This document shows positions 35,935-45,119 of a stretch of 64,000 nt of DNA, one piece after another. The first letter of the stretch is position 1; each line of letters begins with the position of its first letter. A program made the translations under genes and the position numbers. Source of the stretch: Candidatus Bathyarchaeota archaeon (lineage in GTDB: Archaea > Thermoproteota > Bathyarchaeia > TCS64); assembly GCA_026014815.1 (NCBI GenBank), contig JAOZHP010000076.1:7250-71249 (forward strand), read 5' to 3'. A model generated the notes under the pieces. That model did no database searches and was not told where the DNA came from. It saw only the letters and a list, made by a program, of their open reading frames with translations.

Positions 35935-36456
35935 GGCGTATCGTTCTTTCTGTATATTCAGAATATCCTCTGGCTTTACGACGGATACGCCTGTCTCGTT
36001 TCCTAAAACCTGAACAAGCACTACCCAATCAGGGTTCTCCAAGTTGACGGGGTTATCGATGACTGCAGCCACTGGGTCGATGAACTCTTGGCTCCTTAGC
36101 TGTGTTCGGCGCTTTTCAAGGGTGATCCGGAAGCTCTCACCGTCACTCATCCTCGACGCCTGCTCCTTGACTTCCGCTACTATTCTCTCGATATCCGTGG
36201 GTATCCACTTGGTGATGGGCATCACACGGTAGACAGCCTTGTACCTATCTGGCTCCCGCGTCATGTGCTCCCTGAGCCCATGCACTGCCTCCACTGGGTC
36301 CATGTTGGTGTATGCAAGTATAAGGCCCCTTACCCGTGCTCTGTTCACTTTGGGCTCCTCGTCTCCTGCGGCACGTAGGTTCATCCATAACTCGCTGCAT
36401 GCCTGACTGACGCTAATCTGGTCGGTGGTCGCCAGTATGTTATACTTCATCAGCAT
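35914..36456 (-). CDS. THUMP-domain RNA-binding protein
   Basis: ESFRITLEKR and VNLENPDWVVLVQVLG. Confidence 0.85.
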   Translation of the reverse strand: MLMKYNILATTDQISVSQACSELWMNLRAAGDEEPKVNRARVRGLILAYTNMDPVEAVHGLREHMTREPDRYKAVYRVMPITKWIPTDIERIVAEVKEQASRMSDGESFRITLEKRRTQLRSQEFIDPVAAVIDNPVNLENPDWVVLVQVLGNETGVSVVKPEDILNIQKERYALLSKGK

Positions 36457-36508
36457 AGCGTTGCATTGATCTGTTTTTTATATTGCGTTCACTGACCCCT
36501 TGTGAGCC

Positions 36509-37393
36509 ATGAAAGTAGGGTCTAGGTGCGGCTACTGCCTCCTCCACAGGGGCTACAAGATGATCAACCTCAGCACACAGGACGAGGAGGTACGCAGAGA
36601 AGCAATGACAGAGCTACTGCATCTCATGGGAGAACAGTACAACCCGGAGGCCGTGCCGAGCGTCATAGGCGCCGACAGGGGCAGAGTAATAGCACGCGTC
36701 ACAGGATGCAAGGACCCCTACAAGCAACTCAAGAAAGAGGCTAACCAGCAGGCACTCGCGTTACTCCCTGGTCTCAAGAAACTTGTCGTGGATATTCCCC
36801 CTGAGGACAGGCTGAGGTTAGCCTGTCTTATTAGCTGTCTGGGAAACGTCGTGGATTATGACGTGCCTGGGAACAACAGCGACATCGAGGACGCCATGAA
36901 GTTCCTCGACCAGAGACTCTATGTAGACGACACAGACAAACTCAAGGCCCTCATCAAACCAGGTACGAGGCTCCTCTTCTTCACAGACAACGCTGGGGAG
37001 ATAGCGTTCGACACCTTGGTGGTTGAGGAACTGAAGGCGCTGGGGTGCCATGTAACCGTCGCCGTCAAGGGTGGACCGGGCTTAAATGACGCGTTGATGG
37101 AGGACGCCGAGACCGTGGGCATGACAGAGGTAGCAGACGAGGTAATAACCACGGGCACCGACGCTATAGGCGTCAGGCTGGACGAGTCTCCTGATTGGTT
37201 CCTTGAGCGCTACTACTCAGCGGACATCATCGTGGCTAAAGGTATGGCGAACTGGGAGACACTGACCGAGACCCCGGCGCCATGCCCATTGATGTATCTG
37301 TTCAGGACAAAATGTGAGCCCGTGGCACGAGCCGTAGGTGCTCCAGAGCACGAAAACATCGGGTACTTGGTCGAGAAGGGCTGGAAACTCTAA
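36509..37393 (+). CDS. ARMT1-like / DUF89 damage-control phosphatase
   Basis: N-terminal CxxC, GNVVD, TDNAGE and KGMANWETL. Confidence 0.88.
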   Translation: MKVGSRCGYCLLHRGYKMINLSTQDEEVRREAMTELLHLMGEQYNPEAVPSVIGADRGRVIARVTGCKDPYKQLKKEANQQALALLPGLKKLVVDIPPEDRLRLACLISCLGNVVDYDVPGNNSDIEDAMKFLDQRLYVDDTDKLKALIKPGTRLLFFTDNAGEIAFDTLVVEELKALGCHVTVAVKGGPGLNDALMEDAETVGMTEVADEVITTGTDAIGVRLDESPDWFLERYYSADIIVAKGMANWETLTETPAPCPLMYLFRTKCEPVARAVGAPEHENIGYLVEKGWKL

Positions 37394-38001
37394 CCTTTCA
37401 AAGTTTTAACTATCTGGTCTCCTGTGATGGGGCCGCTTCTCAGTATCCAGAGTTCCTCCCCGGTTAAGTCCAGGACTGTGGAGGGCAACTCACCGGATGT
37501 GGTGCCTCCGTCTATCACGAGGTTCACCTCGTCCCCCAGATGCCTGATGACATCTTTGGCGTTATCGTACGGTCCTTTCCCTGTCTTGTTGGCGCTTGTG
37601 CTGACGATGACACCCCCTGAGAGTTTGGCTAGCCTCCGAGCGGTTTCAAGACCCGATACACGCACCCCGAGGGTCTTTCCTCCACGGTTCACCCAGATTG
37701 GGTAGTCCACCTTCTTGGGCAGTACCAAAGTCAATGGACCGGGCCAGAACTTTTCCGCGAGTTTCCTTGCTGCGGCGTTGAACTCCACCACTCTCTCCGC
37801 CGTCTCCGTGTCAGCGCAGATGATGGGAAGCGGATTGTCGGCTCTTCCCTTGATCTCGCAGACACGCCGCGTCGCGTCGGCGTTGCTGGGTTCACACCCC
37901 AGACCGTACACGGTCTCAGTGGGATAGATGACAACGCCGCCTGTCCTGATGACGGTCGCAGCCTCCCGTAGGCCATGTTCATCGGGTTTAACTACCTTCA
38001 T
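37390..38001 (-). CDS. tsaC: L-threonylcarbamoyladenylate synthase (TsaC/YrdC, single domain)
   Basis: PTETVYGL, KGR, WPGPLT and STSAN. Confidence 0.93.
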   Translation of the reverse strand: MKVVKPDEHGLREAATVIRTGGVVIYPTETVYGLGCEPSNADATRRVCEIKGRADNPLPIICADTETAERVVEFNAAARKLAEKFWPGPLTLVLPKKVDYPIWVNRGGKTLGVRVSGLETARRLAKLSGGVIVSTSANKTGKGPYDNAKDVIRHLGDEVNLVIDGGTTSGELPSTVLDLTGEELWILRSGPITGDQIVKTLKG

Positions 38002-38044
38002 GATCGGTATCAGGAATACATGAATGGATTTAAGGACTGTGCAG

Positions 38045-38815
38045 CTACTCGGGGAAGATGTACCCGAGAGAGTAGATGGTGAACATACCCAGCAACAGGA
38101 TGAACATCTGGATCACTGCCCTCCGTCTGTCGTTCTTTTCATGCATCTCCGGGATGAGTTCGCTTGCTGAGAGGAATATGAAGGCACCCGCGCTGAAGGC
38201 GATCATCCAGCCGCTCAGTGACTCCACCATGCCTATGAACATTGAGCCGAAGACGCCGCCTGCGACAACAGACAAGGCCGCAGCGAAGTTTAGTATCAAC
38301 GCCCTTCTTCTTTCTATACCAGCGAAGACGAGTATCCCGTAGTCCCCCATCTCCTGAGGAAGCTCGTGGAAAGCAACCGCTATAGCGGTTGTCATGCCTA
38401 TGCTGAACCCGTTGATGAACCCCGCGGCGATTATCATGCCGTCGATAAAGTTGTGAATAAAGTCACCTATGAGGTTCAGGTACGCGAAACTCTCGGGAGG
38501 CCTATCTTCATCATGCTCGAACTCGTGTGTGTGACCGTGACCATGGTACCAGTATAGGATGCGTTCTAGGAACATGAAGAAAACGAATCCTCCTGCGACA
38601 ATTGGGAATACGAGGTTCTCATCCACAAGCTCTATTGCTTCTGGTAAGAGGTCAAACAAGGCTGCGCCCAGTATTGTTCCTGCTGAGTAGGCTACAAGCA
38701 CAGTGAGTATTCGGTGAAGGGTTTTATCGTTCAGGCTTATTGTGAAGATGCCTATGAATGATAGTAGGCTGATTATTGAGGTTGCGACTATGGTTTGGAG
38801 CGTACTAGAAAGCAT
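38045..38815 (-). CDS. ZIP-family metal transporter
   Basis: His-rich loop, HNFIDG and HELPQEMGD. Confidence 0.93.
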   Translation of the reverse strand: MLSSTLQTIVATSIISLLSFIGIFTISLNDKTLHRILTVLVAYSAGTILGAALFDLLPEAIELVDENLVFPIVAGGFVFFMFLERILYWYHGHGHTHEFEHDEDRPPESFAYLNLIGDFIHNFIDGMIIAAGFINGFSIGMTTAIAVAFHELPQEMGDYGILVFAGIERRRALILNFAAALSVVAGGVFGSMFIGMVESLSGWMIAFSAGAFIFLSASELIPEMHEKNDRRRAVIQMFILLLGMFTIYSLGYIFPE

Positions 38816-39083
38816 CTTTTCATTCTTTTACATACTTGATAGTAAACCTTACTGCATTCATAGAGGCATCTTGGATCACGTGTGGATAATAATCAAGTTA
38901 GATGTGAAAACATGCATGAAAACCAAGCGTAACCACCGAACTTGAAGTGACTAGTACAGCCTGGAGGCAGTTACTCGAAGAATAAAAACCGGCATTTTAA
39001 GCCATAAAAAACCTAAGCGAGGCTTTATTAGAACCCCTGCGTTCTTGGATGAGAATTATATTCCAACAACACTGCTGATTAAA

Positions 39084-40205
39084 ATGGACTTTAACGAACT
39101 AGACTTCAAACAAGAGATCAAGAAAGCACTCAAAGAGCTAGGGTTCACTGAGATGTTTCCTATACAGGAAAACGCTATACCCCCGATGCTGGAAGGCAGA
39201 AACGTCATAGGGCAGGCAAAAACCGGTACAGGCAAGACAGCCGCCTTCGGGGTACCCCTCATCAATAACCTGGACCCGGATTCAGGGCACGTTGAGGGCC
39301 TAGTTATCGCGCCGACCCGTGAGCTAGCGTTACAGATCAACGATGACATTAACACCTACGCCAAGCACAGCAAGGTCTGGGCTACACCCGTTTACGGCGG
39401 GGTCAGAATAGACGGTCAGTTCAGACAGCTAAGGAAGAACCCCACCATCGTGGTAGGAACCCCTGGAAGACTCATCGACCACATGAAGCGAGGCACATTG
39501 GAGCTACGCCACATAAAGATGATTGTAATGGACGAGGCGGACCGCATGTTCGACATGGGGTTCTACGAGGATATCGACTATATCCTTAACAGGACGCCGA
39601 AAACCAGGCAGGTGAGCCTCTGGAGCGCCACGTTCGACGACCGCACAAGGAAGTTGTCAGCCAAGTTCATGCCAAACAGCGTCACGATCAATATGAGCCG
39701 CGACGAGATAGGCTTGACAACCATCAAGCAGTACTACATGGTCCTGACGGCCTATGAGCGAGAGGAGACCCTTCTCAAGCTCCTGGATCACTTCATCATC
39801 GACCGAGGGATCATCTTCTGCAGGACCAAGTTTACGGTAGACCGTCTTAGCTCGGCTTTACAGCGAGCGAGGATACCCGCAGAGGCAATACACGGTAACT
39901 TTACACAGGCGAGACGACAGCAGGTACTGGACGGATTCAGGAACGGTGACTTTGAGCTCATGATAGCCACTGAAGTTGCGGCGAGAGGCTTGGATATCGA
40001 GGATGTTCCTTTCATTATCAACTATGATATCCCGGATGACCCTCACATGTACTTTCACCGCATCGGCAGGACTGCCCGAGCAGGGAAACAAGGCACTGCT
40101 ATCACTTTTGTGTTCCCGGATCAGGAGATGGAGCTGGAGCGCATCAAGGCGATTACCAAGATGCCTCTCGAAAAGTTCTCGCTACCCCCTGATTTCCTCT
40201 TCTAG
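39084..40205 (+). CDS. DEAD-box RNA helicase
   Basis: AKTGTGKT, PTRELA, TPGR, DEAD, SAT, ARGLD and HRIGRTAR; likely ATG 39084. Confidence 0.96.
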   Translation: MDFNELDFKQEIKKALKELGFTEMFPIQENAIPPMLEGRNVIGQAKTGTGKTAAFGVPLINNLDPDSGHVEGLVIAPTRELALQINDDINTYAKHSKVWATPVYGGVRIDGQFRQLRKNPTIVVGTPGRLIDHMKRGTLELRHIKMIVMDEADRMFDMGFYEDIDYILNRTPKTRQVSLWSATFDDRTRKLSAKFMPNSVTINMSRDEIGLTTIKQYYMVLTAYEREETLLKLLDHFIIDRGIIFCRTKFTVDRLSSALQRARIPAEAIHGNFTQARRQQVLDGFRNGDFELMIATEVAARGLDIEDVPFIINYDIPDDPHMYFHRIGRTARAGKQGTAITFVFPDQEMELERIKAITKMPLEKFSLPPDFLF

Positions 40206-40240
40206 CCCCTCGATTTCTTAAATATCCATCAGCATGTATC

Positions 40241-41446
40241 ATGGTGAAAACCATGAATGCTTACTTTAATGGTCAACCATCCCCTGAGGAGATTCTTGAA
40301 AGAGTGAAAGGTTTCCAGAGCTGGTTGGAGATAGACTTGGACGCCATAGGACACAATTTAGATCAGGTCACCGCGAAGACAGGGAACGAGGTCATCCCAT
40401 GCGTCAAGTCTAACGCCTACGGTCATGGAGTCGTCCCTGTGGTCAGCTACATGATGACTAGAGGTGTTAATCGCGTCTTAGTTGCGAAGCTCCACGAGGC
40501 CCTGCAGCTAAGGGAAGCAGGGCTGGACTTGGGCATCGTGTCCATCGATCCCCTCTTCACCCCGGAGCAATTTGAGACAGTGGTGAAGAAGAATATCACT
40601 CACACTGTCTACCAGAGGAAAGCAGCAGAGGCCCTCAGCGATGCAGCTGTCAAACTGGGAAAGACGGCGAGCGTCTGGGTGAAACTAGACACAGGCCTCG
40701 GCAGGGTAGGAGTCAGGTGGACCGAGGCAGTAGGGCTCATCGAGTACATCCATGGGCTCCCCAACCTGAGAATCGATGGCGTATTCAGTACTATGTCTGA
40801 GGAAGAGGCGCTGGACCAGCTACAAGTTAAACGAATATTAGCGATCGAGGAGATGTGCGCCGAGAAAGGCATCAGCGTGGGCACCAAGAGCATAGCCAGC
40901 AGCAACGCCATCTTCCACAAGCCCTACACATACTTGGACGCGGTACGGCCAGGACTCATGCTCCTCGGATTCTATCCTGAGGAAGAGGACAAAGACCACG
41001 GCATCGAACTCAAACAGAGCCTCGCTTGGAAGGCTCGGATCGAGCACGTGAAAACAGTCGAGGAAGGGGAGAGCCTCACCTATAGCCGGAGGTTCGTGGC
41101 TCCTAAGCGGATGAAGGTGGGCACCGTCCACATAGGCTACTATGACGGATACCCGAGGGGACTCACCAAGAAGGGTAAGGTCAAGGTAGGTAATGAGGTC
41201 AGGGATGTCTTGGGCACAGTGTCGGTGAACCATTTTCTCGTGGACCTCACGGACACGGAGCTTGATGTCGGTGACACCATCGAGGCCATCAGCAGGGAAG
41301 GGGTAAACGACGCCCTCGGCGTGGCCACGGAGGCAGGGATAATGACATACAGCTTGGCGAACGGTCTCCACATGTTGACACCGAGGATCTACATCATGGA
41401 TGGCAAGCCTGTTGCAATGAGCAAACTCAAAGTGCAGGAAGAATAA
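40241..41446 (+). CDS. alr: Alanine racemase family (PLP, fold type III)
   Basis: VKSNAYGHG, KLDTGLGRVG, VRPG, LTYS and GYYDGYPR. Confidence 0.88.
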   Translation: MVKTMNAYFNGQPSPEEILERVKGFQSWLEIDLDAIGHNLDQVTAKTGNEVIPCVKSNAYGHGVVPVVSYMMTRGVNRVLVAKLHEALQLREAGLDLGIVSIDPLFTPEQFETVVKKNITHTVYQRKAAEALSDAAVKLGKTASVWVKLDTGLGRVGVRWTEAVGLIEYIHGLPNLRIDGVFSTMSEEEALDQLQVKRILAIEEMCAEKGISVGTKSIASSNAIFHKPYTYLDAVRPGLMLLGFYPEEEDKDHGIELKQSLAWKARIEHVKTVEEGESLTYSRRFVAPKRMKVGTVHIGYYDGYPRGLTKKGKVKVGNEVRDVLGTVSVNHFLVDLTDTELDVGDTIEAISREGVNDALGVATEAGIMTYSLANGLHMLTPRIYIMDGKPVAMSKLKVQEE

Positions 41447-41470
41447 GATTATTCACGTGAAGCATCATCC

Positions 41471-41476
41471 TTTAAA
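41471..41476 (+). promoter_or_regulatory. TATA box of tRNA-Met
   Basis: TTTAAA about 28 nt upstream of the tRNA 5' end. Confidence 0.5.
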
Positions 41477-41503
41477 TCCTAGTTCCTGAATTATCAGGGA
41501 AGA

Positions 41504-41610
41504 GCCGGGGTAGCATAGATTGGCTAATGCGCTGGACTCATGATCCAGAGGTTACAGGCACCAGAGCCTTAGCCGGATAAAGAGCGTGGGTTCAAATCCC
41601 ATCCCCGGCA
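41504..41610 (+). tRNA. tRNA with CAT anticodon (probably elongator Met) and a 32-nt non-canonical intron at 43/44 (41549-41580)
   Basis: Acceptor GCCGGGG/CCCCGGC-A; anticodon arm CTGGA-CTCATGA-TCCAG; T arm GTGGG-TTCAAAT-CCCAT; ATCC/GGAT central helix flanked by AG|A and AA|A. Confidence 0.88.
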
Positions 41611-41670
41611 CCTCATCAAATCTATTTGACTAAAAAAACTGAATTGAAGATAAAAAAGAAAATTAGTGTT

Positions 41671-41949
41671 TTACTTGCCTTTGGCCATGCTTATGGATAT
41701 GTTGCTGATGTTCCTCATTCCGCCGTCCTCTGACTCCAGCTGCTCCGTGTCTATGCTGATGTCCTTGACCACCAGGTCCGAGATGAACTGATTCCGTACG
41801 ACCTCCGCCACATCCACCGCCTTGCTGATAGCACGCCCACGCGCCATCAAAATGACCTCACTATCCTCATGTTTGAGGGCAGTCATCACCGCGAGGCAGT
41901 AAGCCATGACTGGTTTTCTGCCAATGTATACTATGTTACCTTGATCCAT
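41671..41949 (-). CDS. albA: DNA/RNA-binding protein Alba
   Basis: VYIGRKPVMAY and ARGRAISKAVDVAE; RBS AGGTG before ATG 41949. Confidence 0.93.
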   Translation of the reverse strand: MDQGNIVYIGRKPVMAYCLAVMTALKHEDSEVILMARGRAISKAVDVAEVVRNQFISDLVVKDISIDTEQLESEDGGMRNISNISISMAKGK

Positions 41950-42071
41950 TATGTACACCTGTGTTTACCGGTTCGGTAAACCATCCATAGTCCAACCAAG
42001 TATTAATCTTTTAGGAACCAGTCGAAGTGTTCCTGATCAGGTCTCCATCAACACTATAAGATTTCCATAAT

Positions 42072-45062
42072 TTGTTTCGACTGAATCGCGATTTGAGCAA
42101 AGGTAGCAGTCAGGAAGCCACCTACGGCTTTAATCCAGCTACAGCAAAGACACTGTTAATTGTAGTTATGTTAATGCTGAGTAATCCAGTTCCAGCAAGG
42201 GGTTTACTCAGCGAACCAAACCTGTCATCTGATTCTGGTGACGTCGGTGACCTTGTGCATGTTTATGGAAACGAGGGAGACGTAGGAGGAGGCCTGACTG
42301 CTTTGCTCTACTGGGACTCGGTGAAACAGTGGGACGGAACCAAAGGTATCCTGAATGCCTCTGTCTCGGAGCCCAGTGGATACTATACAATGAGTTTCAC
42401 GGTCCCCGAGTCAACAGGAGGAAAACATTACCTATGGGTAACCGACGACTTCACAGGCTCAAAGACCAGTACAGAGTTCACCGTGACACCCTCACTAATA
42501 ATGGACACCCTTTACCTGACTCCGAGTAACACTGAGACCTTCCTAGGGAAAGGATTTGGGGGGGATACTCAGGTCACCTTCATGCTTCGCAGACATGTAA
42601 GCGAACAGTTCAATGATTGGCCTTCCACCTCCACCTTACAATTAATAGGAACAGGGGATGATGTAACCACCCGGTTTACAGGCACGTTGAGTAACCTGCC
42701 ATTAAAACCAGGCACAGCTCAGGTCACCTGCGATCTTATCACTCTCGCTGACACTGGAAACGGGACCATCATTGGGTCTGGTGGCTACGGTGAAATCGAT
42801 TATGTGACCGGAGATTTCTCCGTCTCGTTTTCCGATCCTCCTTCCTTAGGTTCAGATATCGACCTCGCGTACGAGTTTTTCGAGGAAGTGGCTAACGAGG
42901 TGTATCCACTTGACCGATACACCACAAGCAGCTCGAGGGGAAATTTCATGAAGGATCTTACCATACCCCAGGTACCATATGGAAGTTACTGGTTCTGCGC
43001 CATGGACTCTGTGAACAACACGGAGGTAGTAGCCGTAGAGGTCTCTCCCATCGTCAAACTTAGCAAGACTTCGGTTGATACGGGCGACGTTATTCAGGTT
43101 CGTGGCGAAGACTTTACCCCAGGCTCATATATCCGTAGTCAGGACATCAAGCTCTACTCAGAGGAATGGAACGGGAGCTATTGCGCCATCTATAATTACC
43201 CTGGCGGGGCAGGGGTCCCCATTGACCCGGATGGGGAGTTCACGATAAATGTGATCATGCCTAACCCGCCGAAGACAGGTGATTACACGTTACTAGTGAG
43301 CGATAGCACTGGAGTAAAAAACGAGAAAACAATAACTGTAAACACACGTGCGAGCGTCCAACTGTCTGTATCCACCGTTGATGACGAGCACACCATTACA
43401 GTGACTGGAAAACACTTTACCAACATCAAGGGTCGACAAGTATCTTTTGAGCTATGGAACATATCGGGAGATCCCTCGGATGGAATAATCCCCATTGGCG
43501 CTGCCACAACAGATGCGTTTGGGTCCTTCACCCAAACCATCTCGATAAGCAAAGTACAACACCTTCAATACTTGTTCGTGGCCGTTATCGACGAGGACTC
43601 GATACAGGCAAGTGAGCCTTTACAGATCACCTCACTAAGCGTGACATTGTATACGGAGCAAGGTAAACCTGGAGACGAAGTAAAGTTATCCGGGAACGGC
43701 TTCACTAAAAACAGTAACTGGAGCGCCAAACTAAACACCACAACCGTGATCGAGGCCGATGAGGGAACCACCAACAGCAAGGGACAACTAAGGATAGGAT
43801 ACAAGTCACCATCGTTCACTGTCCCGGAGCTTGAGCTAGGAATCTACAGGTTAATCGTTACAGATGAGACACTCAAAAGATCCATACAGATACCGTTTAC
43901 CATTCTTGAGGAAGAACTATCAATAAACACAGAGTACCCTGTCCCAAGGTTCACGACAGATACGACTTACAAAGAGGGAGAAGCGGTACTATTCAATGCG
44001 TCAGAGTCTTCGGACTCAGATGGAATCATAATCTCATATAAATGGGATTTCGGTGACGGCGATTCATCAACAAAGCCAGTAGCTTATCATACCTTCAATC
44101 AAGACGGTATATTCACTGTCTCCCTCACGGTAAAAGACAACAAGAACGCAAAATCTACTAAAAGTAAAACACTGGTTATAGTGGACTTAGACCCCGCACC
44201 AAACTTTGATGCAAGCAAAGAAGAAGGATACAATCCCTTAACAGTAAAGTTCACGGACACCTCGAGTCTCCACGACCTCGTAACCTACAGGCAATGGGAC
44301 TTTGGAGATGGCTCCACAAGCCAGCAAGAGAACCCGGAGCACACCTACACAATGTTCGGCGTTTACACCGTCAGCCTTACATTAAGAGAGATCGACGGCG
44401 ATGAGGTTGTCATGGAAAAGACTCAGTTAATAGTTGTTATGGGGGATGACAATGCCCCCCCACGAGTTCATACCGTCGAGTCATCCGTCACAGGTAAACA
44501 ATGCACACTCTACGCAGTTGTCACTGACAACTCTGACATCAAGTCAGTATACATCCGGGCTTATGATGGAAACGAGTACGAACTCATAGAAGATTACAAT
44601 CTACCGGGACTTTACATGGTAACCATCCCATATGTGTCTTCAGAGACGGTTGATCCTGTCCTGTACGCTATGGATTATAACGGCAACTATGCACAGCAAT
44701 CAGTAATTCTTCCACCGAGCAGCGACAATGAAACAGTGTCAATTACTCTCAGCACAGGCTGGAACAGCGTAACACTTGCTCCAGATATCACCTTTGGGTC
44801 TATCGAGAGCCTCATAGAGTCTGTTGAATGTTTCGGGTCAATAATCGATGTTTACGGTTCCGTCGTATATGGCACATCACCACAAGTCAAATCACCATAC
44901 GTAAAGTCCATCTGGACCATCGACGAGTACCGGGGATACCTGATGTACGACCCAGCAACAGGCATAAGCGACTTCGACAGCCTCATAGGCGGAAGAGAGT
45001 ACTGGGTTTACGTTGACGGCAGCCTCCCTGTGGCCATGGATATACGCCTCGTTACTAGTTAG
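42072..45062 (+). CDS. Large secreted/surface protein with Ig-like repeats and two PKD domains
   Basis: Signal-like hydrophobic stretch, WDFGDG twice, Ig-like repeats and a C-terminal LSTGWN..GREYWV module; true start uncertain. Confidence 0.8.
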   Translation: MFRLNRDLSKGSSQEATYGFNPATAKTLLIVVMLMLSNPVPARGLLSEPNLSSDSGDVGDLVHVYGNEGDVGGGLTALLYWDSVKQWDGTKGILNASVSEPSGYYTMSFTVPESTGGKHYLWVTDDFTGSKTSTEFTVTPSLIMDTLYLTPSNTETFLGKGFGGDTQVTFMLRRHVSEQFNDWPSTSTLQLIGTGDDVTTRFTGTLSNLPLKPGTAQVTCDLITLADTGNGTIIGSGGYGEIDYVTGDFSVSFSDPPSLGSDIDLAYEFFEEVANEVYPLDRYTTSSSRGNFMKDLTIPQVPYGSYWFCAMDSVNNTEVVAVEVSPIVKLSKTSVDTGDVIQVRGEDFTPGSYIRSQDIKLYSEEWNGSYCAIYNYPGGAGVPIDPDGEFTINVIMPNPPKTGDYTLLVSDSTGVKNEKTITVNTRASVQLSVSTVDDEHTITVTGKHFTNIKGRQVSFELWNISGDPSDGIIPIGAATTDAFGSFTQTISISKVQHLQYLFVAVIDEDSIQASEPLQITSLSVTLYTEQGKPGDEVKLSGNGFTKNSNWSAKLNTTTVIEADEGTTNSKGQLRIGYKSPSFTVPELELGIYRLIVTDETLKRSIQIPFTILEEELSINTEYPVPRFTTDTTYKEGEAVLFNASESSDSDGIIISYKWDFGDGDSSTKPVAYHTFNQDGIFTVSLTVKDNKNAKSTKSKTLVIVDLDPAPNFDASKEEGYNPLTVKFTDTSSLHDLVTYRQWDFGDGSTSQQENPEHTYTMFGVYTVSLTLREIDGDEVVMEKTQLIVVMGDDNAPPRVHTVESSVTGKQCTLYAVVTDNSDIKSVYIRAYDGNEYELIEDYNLPGLYMVTIPYVSSETVDPVLYAMDYNGNYAQQSVILPPSSDNETVSITLSTGWNSVTLAPDITFGSIESLIESVECFGSIIDVYGSVVYGTSPQVKSPYVKSIWTIDEYRGYLMYDPATGISDFDSLIGGREYWVYVDGSLPVAMDIRLVTS

Positions 45063-45119
45063 TGGCTTCACACACAACATTATACACAGTTTTCAGTCAA
45101 TACCTGTTGAGTATTCGAC

